Positions 43,935 to 54,666 of a stretch of 64,000 nt of DNA are shown here, piece after piece. The stretch is from contig OW818647.1 of NCBI GenBank assembly GCA_942492855.1, positions 878,528-942,527 of the forward strand. Direction: 5' to 3'. This DNA is from Armatimonadota bacterium. Its GTDB lineage: Bacteria > Armatimonadota > HRBIN16. How positions within the stretch are numbered: the first letter of the stretch is position 1; each line of letters starts with the position of its first letter. Made by a program: the position numbers and the translations under genes. The notes beneath the pieces were generated by a model. That model was not told the DNA's origin. It saw only the letters and a list, made by a program, of their open reading frames with translations, and did no database searches.

Positions 43935-44618
43935 CTAATGACTTTCGCCATGCGGTATGATCAGCGAGATGTAGATGGCAGCAAGGGTGGTAAACACCAG
44001 AGCCTGCACGAATCCAGCGAATACGCTGAATAGAAGCAGCGGAAACTGAAATGGAACCGGCAAAAAGATGGGAAGTGCGCTGGCAGCCAGTAAAGTCAAC
44101 ACCGCCACCGAGGTTTCATCGCCAAAGATGTTGCCGTAAAGTCGGATGGAGAGGCTGAAGGGTTTGGCCAGCGTACCGATTAGCTCCAGCGGTACCATCA
44201 GCGGGGTGAGCCACCAGGGCGCGCCTCCCGTGAAGTGCTTGAGATACTTGATCAGCCCGTTCTCTTTAATGCCCACATACTGCACGTAGCAGAATGTGAC
44301 CAGCGCCAGTGCGATGGTGATATTCAGGTTTGATGTAGCCGCTTTGCCGATGACGGGTATTAAGCCCATCCAGTTGTTGAGCAGAATGAACATGAACAGA
44401 GTGCCTAGATATGGGAAGTGCTTCTCCCCCGCCATCCCCAGGATGTTCCCAGCGAATGAGCGAAAGCCTTCTGTAAGCTGCTCAGTCGCGTTCTGCCACA
44501 AGCCGGTAGGGACACGCTGCATGTTGCGGGTACCCGCACGGGCCATGAGAAGCAGCAACAGCGCAGAGACGCCCGCGTAAGCAAGCATGATCCAGGGGCT
44601 TACGTGATGGACTTCCAA
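43935..44618 (-). CDS. atpB: F1Fo ATP synthase a subunit
   Basis: Polytopic membrane protein with the conserved Arg region (LSIRLYGNIFGDE). Confidence 0.85.
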   Translation of the reverse strand: MEVHHVSPWIMLAYAGVSALLLLLMARAGTRNMQRVPTGLWQNATEQLTEGFRSFAGNILGMAGEKHFPYLGTLFMFILLNNWMGLIPVIGKAATSNLNITIALALVTFCYVQYVGIKENGLIKYLKHFTGGAPWWLTPLMVPLELIGTLAKPFSLSIRLYGNIFGDETSVAVLTLLAASALPIFLPVPFQFPLLLFSVFAGFVQALVFTTLAAIYISLIIPHGESH

Positions 44619-44687
44619 ACTGATATCTCCCTAAGTGGCTTTCTCTTCGTATTTCTGTTCGATATCTTCGGTCGGTGGATCATCGTT

Positions 44688-45092
44688 CTAGCGGTCTTTC
44701 CAAGCCTGCCTGACAGCTAAAGCTGTGATAAGCCATGGGACCATGCTGATGCCGATAATAAACGCCACCCCATCGGCCAGCGTGTAACGGCAGACCCAGG
44801 CGATTAATATTGCCGCCAGAGGATACCGCCACCACACCTTAAACCATAGAAACTTTGCGGTAGAACCGGTGCGGCCTGGATGCAGGGAACGCACACCCTG
44901 AGTGAGGCTGTGGAGCAGCCACCAGGCGAATGCCGAACCCGTTGCATAGAATGCGCCTAGCCTCCAACTGGTAACCAGTGCGACTATGACCGCAATCACA
45001 AGGCAGACGCGGAGGTATATCCGCTTCAATTCGGTCAGGATATCTTGTTCCACCTTATTCGGTATACCAAAAGACGCGCCGACATGCCACAC
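44688..45092 (-). CDS. small membrane protein upstream of atpB, AtpI/AtpZ-like
   Basis: 134-aa hydrophobic protein in the position usually occupied by atpI. Start codon uncertain. Confidence 0.45.
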   Translation of the reverse strand: MWHVGASFGIPNKVEQDILTELKRIYLRVCLVIAVIVALVTSWRLGAFYATGSAFAWWLLHSLTQGVRSLHPGRTGSTAKFLWFKVWWRYPLAAILIAWVCRYTLADGVAFIIGISMVPWLITALAVRQAWKDR

Positions 45093-45157
45093 ACATAACT
45101 ATATTTGTACCGGGACATGCCAAAAACAGACCAATACGCCAATATGCGGCGTCAGGC

Positions 45158-45595
45158 CTAGGTTGTGGTGGTGATGATCTTCCAGATGGGATGCACTTCC
45201 ACATTGCCTTTGATCATCGCCCACACAGGGCATATCGTCGATTCGGTGATCTTCAAGGCCTGCTCTACATGCGCGTCGGTGGCATCTGGTGAACGGAACT
45301 CCATCTCAACGGTGATGTGGTCGAAACAGGTCGGGTGCTCCTCGCGCCTTGTGCCCTGTGCCGATATCCGGCACCCGGTGACCGTGAGCTGCTGTTTGCG
45401 CAGCATCAGCAGCATCGCGGTTCCCATGCACGAGGCGAGGCTTAGCAGAAACAGCTCCAGCGAGGTGTATCCTTGCCCGTCCCCCACCGGCGGGGTGTAG
45501 TCGATACTTACCGGGGCATTTTCGTTTGCGGTACCTGAGAAGCGCACTTTGTCATTGATGAGATCCACGCTCACGTTCAGGGGCTCGAATTTCAT
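45158..45595 (-). CDS. OsmC/Ohr family peroxiredoxin-like protein
   Basis: Start at internal ATG 45593-45595 with AAGGAGG RBS (MKFEPLNVSVDL...). Conserved Cys pair region (LELFLLSLASCMG and ESTICPVWAM). The longer ORF upstream is repeat-encoded. Confidence 0.7.
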   Translation of the reverse strand: MKFEPLNVSVDLINDKVRFSGTANENAPVSIDYTPPVGDGQGYTSLELFLLSLASCMGTAMLLMLRKQQLTVTGCRISAQGTRREEHPTCFDHITVEMEFRSPDATDAHVEQALKITESTICPVWAMIKGNVEVHPIWKIITTTT

Positions 45596-45599
45596 GGGT

Positions 45600-46440
45600 T
45601 TGCCTCCTTTGTTTTGTTTCTTGGCCGGATTGCTCCGAACCGGCGGTACCACGGATGGGAGAAGCCAATCGGGAGATTGGCGTTCCCAGGGGCCAATGTG
45701 TAGGGGCAATCCCCCGTGGTTGCCCTCATGGCGGTCGCCCACCATTTTATTCTGTCCCATCCGTCCGATGCCCAGCATACCAATACTCTCGGTATATGAC
45801 CTTGCCTGACCATCATGCGGATTGTTTTCCAAGCACACTATAGCATACTTCAAATATGGTTATCACACACCATTTGATATGGTCCTGGGAAGCAGTGCCA
45901 ATCGGGAGATTGTCGTTCCCAGGGGGCAGGTTCCCGGATTCTCACGCGAAGGCGCGAAGACGCGAAGGCAAGGACGTGCCCTATCCTCCCCATCCGTGTA
46001 ATCCGTGGTTCATATAATCCCTGGGCTATCCGCCAGACCGCCCCGGTTAGGAGAAAACCGGCGCGGTCAAGGGAACATGCCAATCGGGAGAGTGACGTCC
46101 CCAGCCCGCTTGAGCGGGCTTTTCGTGTAATTAGCCGTGGCATTTATGCCGCGGCGGGAGGCGTATAGGGGGTGCCCATGGTCGGTAGGGCAACCCCCTG
46201 TGGTTGCCCTGACGTGCGCGGTGCTCTCCCCATCCGTGTGATCCGTGGTTCAGACTATTCCCTGGGGTTATCCGCCAGACCGCCCCGGTTAGGGAAAACC
46301 GGCGCGGCCAAGGGAACATGCCAATCGGGAGATCCGGACCGTTCGCAGGCAGGTGTCACGACGTGTTACACATCTACGGGTAAAATGATGAGTGGGCCAT
46401 TGTATACACCACCATCGACACCGAGCAGGAACAAATACAC
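45600..46440. repeat. ~840-bp intergenic array of family-B palindromic repeat modules
   Basis: Repeated modules gccaatcgggagattggcg, ccccatccgtgtaatccgtggttca, ctgggctatccgccagaccgccccggttagg...aaaaccggcgcggtcaagggaacatgccaatcgggaga (two tandem copies ~45990-46100 and ~46230-46340), and cgcgaaggcgcgaagacgcgaagg. Confidence 0.8.
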
Positions 46441-46446
46441 ACAGAA

Positions 46447-49400
46447 ATGACTCCAACACCTATGAAAACAGCACTTTTATACGCACCTCTCGCACTCACG
46501 CTGGCTCTCTGCCGGGTGCTCAGTGCAGCCCCATCAGTTACGGTAGTGTCGGCCACCACTGGCCAGATTAAGTTGGTACTGAGCGGGCCTTCGCAACAGG
46601 TAAAGCTGGTGGAGATGCGCCCCTATGAGCAGCCAGATGCCACCGCGGGATGGAGCATCGCTAACGCCAACCTCACCGCCGCCAACGGCTGGCTGAGCAT
46701 CACGCCCACCAGCACTGCCACTCTGGCGGCACCAGACCGCGTGCGTGCGGAGATGGTGCCCTATTTCGCCGCCAGAGTGCGCAACACCGGGGACAGCAGT
46801 GTGAACATGCACGTTCAGTTTGTGTTCGGAGGCGTCACCAAACAGGCCACCATCACCGTGCCCGCAGGCGGTTGGCAGATCGTGCGCACCACCATGTCTT
46901 CGTTCGGCACAGACTGGTCAGGCTGGCGCAACATCAAGATCGTCCTGCCCTTTGGAAGCAAGATCGACCTGAACTGGGCCGCGGTGACTGACAATCCGAC
47001 CTTCGCCGGAACCGGTAACCGCGGATATGACCGTATGTGGAGGTTTGGATGGCCCGACAAAGTCATCTGGGAGGGGCTGAGTCAGCAGACCATTGAGGTC
47101 GCCCGCTTCAACGGACAGCAGGACCGCATCTACAACAAATTCCAACTATTGGACGCCGTCACAGGAGCACCGTTGGAGACCCCTCGATATGTCACCGACT
47201 TCTCACAAGCCGGCGAGGTGGCTGATGATGTAGAGGACGGCTGGTATACCGAGGGTAACGGCAGTTCTTACACCGTCAGTGGGGGTGTGATGAATATCAG
47301 CTTCAGCAACCCCACGAATGGACAGCCGTTTGACCCCATCATACGCAACGAACGCTACTATGTGCAATCCAGCAAGGTGAAGTATCTCACCATACGCTAC
47401 CGCATGAGCGTGGAAGTGTCCGGCGGTATGAACTTTGGAGTTTTTGCGTGGCCACTGGACGGCGGCACATACGGCTACACCAGCCTGAACATCCCGACCA
47501 CCACCACCTGGCAGACGATCCGGATTCCTCTGACCAATATGGGTGCAAACTGGAGCGGACGGCGGACCATCCGGATTGACCCCATAGACGGCGAGGTCAA
47601 CGCCAACAGGTTCCTGAACAGCATTATGATGGTCGACTGGATCGCCCTCACCGAAGAGAACACCTACTCTGGCGGCAACGTGAAGCCCGGTGAGATTGTG
47701 TGGGATTTCGCACAGTTGCCGCACCGCGAGACTCAGTTCATCAAGAACACCAACCCCAAGGGGCTCGGACCAGTTATCGACTACGATGATGCTCAGGCGC
47801 TGGGCGTTCAGACTATCTCATACCCATTACTGCTCAACGGCGTGCTGGCTGATCCGACGAACAACAAGACCACCTGGACGGTTGACGGTGTGAAGGTGCC
47901 CATCAACATGGGATATGTCTACTCCATCGACGACAACGTGCAGAAGGCCACCGAGCGAGGAATGCGCATCTTTTTACTGCCAGTCAACGGCATGCCCGGC
48001 ACCCCCAGCAACGACTGGCCTCTGCTGCACCCCCTCAGCGATGTGGAGAACGCACCTAATCACCTGGGGGCGTTCAACACCGGTGATGAGCGCTCGCTTC
48101 TCAGCTTCCGCGCGGCCATAGAGTTCCTGACTCACCGCTACAGCGACCCGCGGGTGACCGTGGGCACCAGTGGCGATATCGTGCTGGGCAACGAGATTCA
48201 AAGCCACTGGTGGTGGCACAACATCGGCAATGTCAGCCCCGATGTGGTGATTGAGGACTACTACCGGTCTCTGCGTATCAGCGACATCGCCATGAGGCGC
48301 ACCAACCCAAACACCAACCTGTATGTGTGCCTGGACCACTTCTGGGCGGCTAAAATGACGGCTGACACTACCGTCAATATGACAGGCAGCTACTTCCTCG
48401 ACGGCATCAACGACTGGTGCAAGAACGAGGGTGATCTGCCCTGGGGGATGGCTGCGCATCCCTATCCGGCGAATCTGCTGGAGCCGCGGTTCTGGAGAGA
48501 TGGTGCGGAGTCAACATTCGATCTGAACACTGCAAAGATCAGCGCCAACAACCTGGAGATGTGGCCAGCGGTGCTTAGTCAGCCACAGTTGCTGTATAAC
48601 GGCCGACGACGCAAGCTGGCATTCACCGAGCAGGGTATGCACACGCCCAACCAGTCAGATGGTCAGACGATCCAGAGCGCCAGCGTGGCTCTGGGATACT
48701 ACAAAGTCGACCGGATACCCGGCCTGGAGGCGTTTAACTATTTCGCGCAAGGAGACTACCTCGACCCCAGCGGCCTGCGGATCGGGCTGTGGACACACAA
48801 AGAGGGTAGCAGTGCCACCTTTGACCTTGGCGTGAAGAAGCCAAGCTGGACATCCTACCAGATGGGCAGCACCCCCGGGTTCAAGAGCTACGCCAACTTC
48901 GCACTCGGCATCGCTGGATACAGCTCATGGCTGGATGCGGAGCCCAGACGCACGGAACTCGCCTTCAAGTTCACCACCGATACCGACCTGTGGGCCGCCA
49001 CCCACGATGTCGGCAATCTGCGGGTGGAAGCGGGCATCCTGCGTGGCACCTCGTTAAGCGGTGACCCCTTCATGGAGCGGCCCAAGATGTGGCTGCTGCC
49101 CAACCTGTTCTCAAAAATCGTCATCCGCATGAGGGTAAATGGGGGCACGAAAGGGCAGGTCTACTACACCACCACCGCAGAACCTGGCTACTCTGAGGAT
49201 AAATCACTGCAGTTTGACCTCATACCCGACGGGATGTGGCACGACTACGTGCTGGATATGGGTAGTCTGCCCAAGTGGGCAGGGAAAACCATCAATGGCA
49301 TCCGGCTCGATCCCACCAACACGAACGGTGCTTCATTCGACATCGCGATGATCTCAAGCAATGTCCCCGAGCCAGTGCCTTCGGCTACCATCGCTGGTGT

Positions 49401-49815
49401 GATCGGACTGCTGGACTACAACTTCACCAACCCAGCCGTGGTGCTGGGCAGTGTGGAGCTGCGCGACGAGAGCACAGATGCGCTGGTCGAGACCATCCCA
49501 GTGGCCGTGAGCAACTCAGGCACGATCAGCCTGAGCACCCAGCGAGTAGGAAACTATAACGCCGTCGTCAAAGCCCCACATTTCCTCAGCGTTCGGCTGC
49601 CGATCACGCTAGCCATTGGGCAGACCAGCTCGCTGTTCGTCAACCTGCCCAACGGCGATTCGAACGGCGACGGCCAGGTCAACCTGTTCGACATCGTGGA
49701 GTTGGACAAGAGTTTCGGCAGTACCAACACGATGAGTGACCTGGATGGCGATGGTCATGTGAACCTGTTTGACTATGTGGTGATCGACCGCTATTTCGGT
49801 CAGCAGTCGCAGTAA
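46447..49815 (+). CDS. large secreted protein with C-terminal type-I dockerin domain (putative carbohydrate-active enzyme)
   Basis: 1122 aa with an N-terminal signal peptide. The C-terminus has duplicated calcium-binding dockerin segments DSNGDGQVNLFD and DLDGDGHVNLFD. Central region unassigned. Confidence 0.75.
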   Translation: MTPTPMKTALLYAPLALTLALCRVLSAAPSVTVVSATTGQIKLVLSGPSQQVKLVEMRPYEQPDATAGWSIANANLTAANGWLSITPTSTATLAAPDRVRAEMVPYFAARVRNTGDSSVNMHVQFVFGGVTKQATITVPAGGWQIVRTTMSSFGTDWSGWRNIKIVLPFGSKIDLNWAAVTDNPTFAGTGNRGYDRMWRFGWPDKVIWEGLSQQTIEVARFNGQQDRIYNKFQLLDAVTGAPLETPRYVTDFSQAGEVADDVEDGWYTEGNGSSYTVSGGVMNISFSNPTNGQPFDPIIRNERYYVQSSKVKYLTIRYRMSVEVSGGMNFGVFAWPLDGGTYGYTSLNIPTTTTWQTIRIPLTNMGANWSGRRTIRIDPIDGEVNANRFLNSIMMVDWIALTEENTYSGGNVKPGEIVWDFAQLPHRETQFIKNTNPKGLGPVIDYDDAQALGVQTISYPLLLNGVLADPTNNKTTWTVDGVKVPINMGYVYSIDDNVQKATERGMRIFLLPVNGMPGTPSNDWPLLHPLSDVENAPNHLGAFNTGDERSLLSFRAAIEFLTHRYSDPRVTVGTSGDIVLGNEIQSHWWWHNIGNVSPDVVIEDYYRSLRISDIAMRRTNPNTNLYVCLDHFWAAKMTADTTVNMTGSYFLDGINDWCKNEGDLPWGMAAHPYPANLLEPRFWRDGAESTFDLNTAKISANNLEMWPAVLSQPQLLYNGRRRKLAFTEQGMHTPNQSDGQTIQSASVALGYYKVDRIPGLEAFNYFAQGDYLDPSGLRIGLWTHKEGSSATFDLGVKKPSWTSYQMGSTPGFKSYANFALGIAGYSSWLDAEPRRTELAFKFTTDTDLWAATHDVGNLRVEAGILRGTSLSGDPFMERPKMWLLPNLFSKIVIRMRVNGGTKGQVYYTTTAEPGYSEDKSLQFDLIPDGMWHDYVLDMGSLPKWAGKTINGIRLDPTNTNGASFDIAMISSNVPEPVPSATIAGVIGLLDYNFTNPAVVLGSVELRDESTDALVETIPVAVSNSGTISLSTQRVGNYNAVVKAPHFLSVRLPITLAIGQTSSLFVNLPNGDSNGDGQVNLFDIVELDKSFGSTNTMSDLDGDGHVNLFDYVVIDRYFGQQSQ

Positions 49816-49935
49816 TCCAGCGGGGTTTGGGGCATGGCGTGCCGTGCCCCCGGATTGTCTGAACCACGGATTACACTGATGACGCGGATAGGTTCGGATG
49901 GAGAGGGAGGCCAATCGGGAGATTGGCGTTCCCAG
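49816..49935. repeat. family-B palindromic repeat copy
   Basis: ccggattgtctgaaccacggattacactgatgacgcggataggttcggatggagagggaggccaatcgggagattggcgttcccagg. Confidence 0.8.
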
Positions 49936-49968
49936 GCAACACACCAAACACAACCTGGAGATCATCAC

Positions 49969-50988
49969 ATGAGCACACGAATATACCCGGTCGAACCGAA
50001 ACGCTATAAAGACGGCCGGCCGGGAGCAGGTTATCGGCTTGATCTGAAAGATGACGGTGTCGTGTTTAAGCACGGCTCAGGCCCGGATCGCTGCGACTAC
50101 CTCGGTGCCCGTGAGGCCTCTGTCTTCGAGTATAAGGGCAAATACTATCTGCACTACGACGGCGCGGGCCCAAATGGATGGGTCGCCTGCTTGGCCACCA
50201 GTACGGATATGCGCCATTGGACACGGCATGGAGCCGTGTTGCAGTTGGGTGCTAAAGGGAAACTAGACAAAGGCACCGCCACCTCTCCCTGGGTCTACCA
50301 CGACGGCAAGAAGTGGCACATGTTTTACCTGGGCTCACCCAACGCAACAAAAGCACCGGATTTCATCCCAGCTATGCCCTACTACACCTTTAAGGCGGAA
50401 GCTAAGGCACCCTCAGGCCCCTGGCATAAGCGCTACGACATCACACCATTCCGCACCAAGCCTGACACATATTACGATTCGGCAGCATCACCCGGACCTG
50501 TGGTAAAGAACGGCAAGGAATACATGATGTTCTTTAGCTCAACATGCCATATTAAGCTCATACACTATCTGCGTACACTGTCGATCGCCCGCACAAAAAA
50601 CCTGGACGGCTCCTGGGCAGTGGACCCTAAGCCGATGCTACCTATGGAAGAACAGGTGGAGAATGCCTCAATTTACTTTGAAAAAACCAGTAAAACATGG
50701 TTCTTGTTCACCAACCACGTAGGTATTGATGCACGAAAAAAGGAATACACCGACGCCATATGGGTCTACTGGACGAAGGACGTCAACCGCTGGAATGCCG
50801 GGAACAAGGCGATTGTGTTGGACGGCTCAAACTGCCGTTGGGCAAAGGAATGCATCGGTATGCCCTCTGTGTTGGTAGTCAAGAACAGGCTGGCACTGCT
50901 GTATGATGCCGCCCCTGGCCGCAGTAGAAGCCACATGCGACGCAATATCGGCCTCGCCTGGCTGGAGCTGCCACTGATCACACCATAG
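49969..50988 (+). CDS. beta-propeller glycoside-hydrolase-like protein (GH43/GH32/GH130-type fold; family uncertain)
   Basis: Start at internal ATG 49969 (GGAG upstream); the longer ORF begins inside the repeat. Composition (GAREASVFEYKGKYYLHYDGAG, WHMFYLGS, YMMFFSS) is typical of five-bladed propeller hydrolases or phosphorylases. No signal peptide. Confidence 0.45.
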   Translation: MSTRIYPVEPKRYKDGRPGAGYRLDLKDDGVVFKHGSGPDRCDYLGAREASVFEYKGKYYLHYDGAGPNGWVACLATSTDMRHWTRHGAVLQLGAKGKLDKGTATSPWVYHDGKKWHMFYLGSPNATKAPDFIPAMPYYTFKAEAKAPSGPWHKRYDITPFRTKPDTYYDSAASPGPVVKNGKEYMMFFSSTCHIKLIHYLRTLSIARTKNLDGSWAVDPKPMLPMEEQVENASIYFEKTSKTWFLFTNHVGIDARKKEYTDAIWVYWTKDVNRWNAGNKAIVLDGSNCRWAKECIGMPSVLVVKNRLALLYDAAPGRSRSHMRRNIGLAWLELPLITP

Positions 50989-51054
50989 AGCTCGGGGATG
51001 ATACGGTGGTGAACTTACGCCGATTGTATATTTCTTCATAGAAACTGATATATT

Positions 51055-52155
51055 GTGTATATATCGCTTCAGAAGAGGCTCATTGTCATGCCAGAACCAA
51101 TTAGCAGGGAACGTAGTCAGCAGATCCGTAATGTTGGTTTTTTAACAGCCCTCCTCGTCGTGCTTCTGCACTCAAACAATGTGCAGAGTTACAGCCTGCT
51201 TAGATTCGATACGACATTATCCAGGGCAGTAGCCTTGTTCGAGTCCATCGTCTCGGAAGGACTCGCGCTGTGTGCTGTGCCGTTCTTCCTTGCGATCGCG
51301 GCTTTCCTGTTTTTCCGGAACTATACGCTGACTGTCCAGTGCATTAAGCAAAAATACGCACGTCGCATCCACTCACTATTGATCCCGTATTTGTTTTGGA
51401 ATGGATTTCACTACCTAGTGCAGATGGCTGTGGTCAGTATCCCCGCCATACGGGCTCGGATGGATGCCAGCACAGAACCGATCCTGTCCAGCCAGCCTGG
51501 TCTTCAGGAGTTTGCGCAAGTACTGTTGTTTCACAAATACAACATCCCCTTCTGGTTCATTCAAGCGCTGATAGTATTCGTTGTTCTCTCACCCTTGGTA
51601 TATGTTTTGTTGAGACACAGAGTAGTCGCCATTGGGGTATTGGTGGTCACAGCCATCGCTACTCTTGCGGAAGTTCCGCTGCTTATCGTCACCTGTGACA
51701 CTTGGTTCTACCTGTTTGTCGGCAGTTTCGCGGCTATACACCCGCAGGTGTTGCGTAGACCTCTCCATGCCATAGAAGGCTCCAAACTTGCGTGGGTCTT
51801 TATCGTGACATGGCTTTTAGCTTCTTCATTGCTTGTTTATTCCAACAACGTCTATACGCAGAATGCGGCCGTCCTGACCGGCATGGCGGCCATCTGGTTC
51901 GGCTATCCGCACTACAAGAACCTGCTGCCAATGTCCTTCTGGGGACGACACACTTTCCTTATCTATGCTATTCACCCCACCTTGCTGGGAGGGATCAAGA
52001 TGATCCTGGCATTCGTCGCAGGAAAGTCATCGATGATGGCACTGGTGAGCTATCTGCTGGCCCCGGCTATGACGGTGGGACTTATCATATGGTTCTGTAA
52101 CCATTGTGAGCTGCGTCTACCCAGGGTATACCGCTTTATCTCAGGCGGTAGGTAG
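51055..52155 (+). CDS. integral membrane acyltransferase family protein (acyltransferase-3 / OatA-like)
   Basis: Polytopic hydrophobic protein with an N-terminal R..VGFLTALLVVLLH motif region. The true start may be ATG 51088. Confidence 0.5.
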   Translation: MYISLQKRLIVMPEPISRERSQQIRNVGFLTALLVVLLHSNNVQSYSLLRFDTTLSRAVALFESIVSEGLALCAVPFFLAIAAFLFFRNYTLTVQCIKQKYARRIHSLLIPYLFWNGFHYLVQMAVVSIPAIRARMDASTEPILSSQPGLQEFAQVLLFHKYNIPFWFIQALIVFVVLSPLVYVLLRHRVVAIGVLVVTAIATLAEVPLLIVTCDTWFYLFVGSFAAIHPQVLRRPLHAIEGSKLAWVFIVTWLLASSLLVYSNNVYTQNAAVLTGMAAIWFGYPHYKNLLPMSFWGRHTFLIYAIHPTLLGGIKMILAFVAGKSSMMALVSYLLAPAMTVGLIIWFCNHCELRLPRVYRFISGGR

Positions 52156-52264
52156 TCGCTCTCAAATATCCTTGCACTCGATGCAGATGTGTATAGCGAA
52201 AACAAGGCAGGTATTCGGGCCGATGACGGCGTATCTACCCACGCGTGCACACTGTCTTAAGTAT

Positions 52265-52620
52265 CTACTCAGCCATAGGCAATGATCGTGCATCAGTCCA
52301 CGATCGCTAATGCTGCTGTAGCTTCCGGCACCCACGAAGTGGGTAAGATTCTTATAGCCACGGGTAAGCGCCAGCGCAACCCGTGGAAGGCAACCGGAAA
52401 CCGTCTACCCCAAAGTGGGTCGTCTTCGGTGACTTGATAAAACGGCTACCGCGAATAGGTGCGACCCACTTCGGGGTAGGGATGATGCGCCGCTGTCCAG
52501 GGGTATCGCTTCGCTCACCCCTGGCTATAAGCACTGCTACCCACTTCGTGGGTGCCCGTAGGGATGCTTGAAGGCAATGCACCTATGCTGAACAGAAACT
52601 TGTCAGTATAATCTGATGGC
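52265..52620 (+). repeat. highly structured ~350-bp element, copy 1 (direct repeat of 54239-54600)
   Basis: Near-identical to copy 2 over the first ~130 bp and last ~110 bp, with a divergent centre. Multiple stems: gatcgtg/cacgatc, ccacgggt/acccgtgg, ccaggggt/acccctgg, and a long-range pair ccggcacccacgaagtgggtaag (52327-52346) with ctacccacttcgtgggtgcccg (52538-52557). Confidence 0.85.
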
Positions 52621-52666
52621 TGAGTAATTACAAACTTGCTTGATCTGGCCACTTAGGAGGCTTCGT

Positions 52667-53551
52667 ATGAAATCACCTGTAATACGTGTATGTGCCATCG
52701 TGCTCTGGACACTCATGGTCGTGCTATCAACCCACATTTCATCGGCAGCACCAGCGAATGATACCACGGGATGGTCGAAGCAAGTGTACAGCTCTGTCGT
52801 TCAGGTCAAGGCGACGAAACCAACTCTGAAGCTGTCACTGCAAGCGGCCAAGAAGCAGGCTGTATCCAACATACTAGCGGCCTTCGGTAAAGCCCCAATT
52901 GACAGTTTCGTAAGTGGCCAGGACTTACTAAAACACACAAAACTACGCACACTGCTGGAAAAAACAGTTGTTGATAGTGGGCTTTTTAAAAGCGTGACGC
53001 TGAAGGTGGCTGGCACGCCTTACGTCAAGGTGAGTGTGGTGATACCCGCCAAGAAACTACTGCTGCCTGCCCTGAATTTCTACCGCAAACTGGGATCCTC
53101 TGAGCATACAAAATCGCTGACCATGAAGATTTCATCTCGCGGTGGTGGTCGAGTGATGGCCGAGAAGTCGGTAGGTGAAAAGTCGATAGGCGATGAGCCC
53201 TCCGTCGGCCCTTATTCGTCCTTGATCGTGGACGCTTCAGGGCTGGGTCTCAAGCGTGCTATGAGCCCCAAAATCCGTCGAGAGGATAAGTCCGAGGTCT
53301 GGGGAACCGTAGAGGTCGACCCCGACTTCGTGCTTGAAACGGGCATCGTCTCCTACACAGCATCAATGGCCGGCGCGGTGCGCGATCCCCGAGCGGGTGA
53401 TAATCCGCTGGTGATCGAGGCGATTGGCATTTCTGGCGGCAAGTTTATGTGCGACCCAGTGATCAGTGATGACGACGCTAAAACCGTGCTGGACGAAGAG
53501 AAGATCACGCACTACTTGGAGAAGTTCAACGTCATATTCATCGCAAACTGA
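52667..53551 (+). CDS. secreted hypothetical protein
   Basis: Start at ATG 52667, 6 nt after AGGAGG. Signal peptide MKSPVIRVCAIVLWTLMVVLSTHISSA. No family recognised. Confidence 0.55.
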   Translation: MKSPVIRVCAIVLWTLMVVLSTHISSAAPANDTTGWSKQVYSSVVQVKATKPTLKLSLQAAKKQAVSNILAAFGKAPIDSFVSGQDLLKHTKLRTLLEKTVVDSGLFKSVTLKVAGTPYVKVSVVIPAKKLLLPALNFYRKLGSSEHTKSLTMKISSRGGGRVMAEKSVGEKSIGDEPSVGPYSSLIVDASGLGLKRAMSPKIRREDKSEVWGTVEVDPDFVLETGIVSYTASMAGAVRDPRAGDNPLVIEAIGISGGKFMCDPVISDDDAKTVLDEEKITHYLEKFNVIFIAN

Positions 53552-53567
53552 CAATGGTTAGTGGCCA

Positions 53568-54251
53568 GTGGTGTCAAGTAACGTGTGGGGCAGGATCATG
53601 AAGAATAAGCCAACGAATGTAATGCTGATAGTATCGTGCCTCTACTTTTTGCTGTCGGCACTCTACCTATACTGGCCAAGCTGGATAAACACCTCGCTGC
53701 GGCCATATGAGAAGGCACTGCCCATTCTGTTGTTAGCTGGGTTCCTAGGCTGGAGCGGTCGAGGCAAGGCAAGGCTTCCCGTCACGGCCCTCGTGCTATC
53801 GGCAGCCGGTGATATCACAGGTGACAGTGGGGCCGCAGGCTTTATACCGAGCATCGCCTTTTTTGGCTTAGCGCAGGTCCTCTACGCGGTGTACTTTGCT
53901 CAAACCATGCGGTTTCGGGTCTCCCGCCTGGTTTTGGCGCTTCTCTATCTGGCGGGCATCAGCATACTGGTGTTCAACTTGTCAGGTTCACCAATACTGG
54001 CAGACCCCATCCTGCGCATCATGGTCATGGCGTACACGGCGGTGATCAGTGCCATGGCGATCACGGCTCTATTCCGTGACAAGTGTAGCTTGCTTCTGCC
54101 CCTCGGCGCCATCATCTTCACACTATCGGATTCGATGATCGCCTGGGATCGCTTCATCAGCCCATTCCCCAATGCAGGAATCTGGGTGATGGTCACCTAT
54201 GCCCTCGCTCAGTATCTCATAACCGTGGGGATCGAAACTACTCAGCCATAA
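53568..54251 (+). CDS. YhhN-family membrane protein (lysoplasmalogenase-like)
   Basis: Polytopic membrane protein with the YhhN-like pattern of transmembrane helices. GTG start in the ORF track; alternative ATG at 53598. Confidence 0.55.
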   Translation: MVSSNVWGRIMKNKPTNVMLIVSCLYFLLSALYLYWPSWINTSLRPYEKALPILLLAGFLGWSGRGKARLPVTALVLSAAGDITGDSGAAGFIPSIAFFGLAQVLYAVYFAQTMRFRVSRLVLALLYLAGISILVFNLSGSPILADPILRIMVMAYTAVISAMAITALFRDKCSLLLPLGAIIFTLSDSMIAWDRFISPFPNAGIWVMVTYALAQYLITVGIETTQP

Positions 54252-54600
54252 GCTATGATCGTGCATCAGTCCACGATCGCTAATGCTGCTGTAGCTTCCG
54301 GCACCCACGAAGTGGGTAAGATTCTTATAGCCACGGGTAAGCGCCAGCGCAACCCGTGGAGGACATGCGATATTCATCTACCCCGAAGTGGGTCGGCATG
54401 GTTTACACGTATATTGAGTTCCTGCGATGCGGTTCGACCCCCTTCGGGGGTAAACGCTGTGGCCTATTACCAGGGGTATCGCTTCGCTCACCCCTGGCTA
54501 TAAGAACTGCTACCCACTACGTGGGTGCCCGTAGGCATGCTTGAAAGCGATGCGCTTACGCAGAACAGGTACTTGGCAATATGAACTCATGGCTGAGCAT
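54239..54600 (+). repeat. highly structured ~350-bp element, copy 2 (begins inside the last codons of yhhN)
   Basis: Same termini and stems as copy 1, with a different central segment (ctaccccgaagtgggtcg...cgacccccttcgggggtaaac). Confidence 0.85.
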
Positions 54601-54666
54601 TACCATGGGGATAGACTCATCTCCAGAATCGGCTCCGTATAACACAAAGTCGCCGGCGTGATGCCA

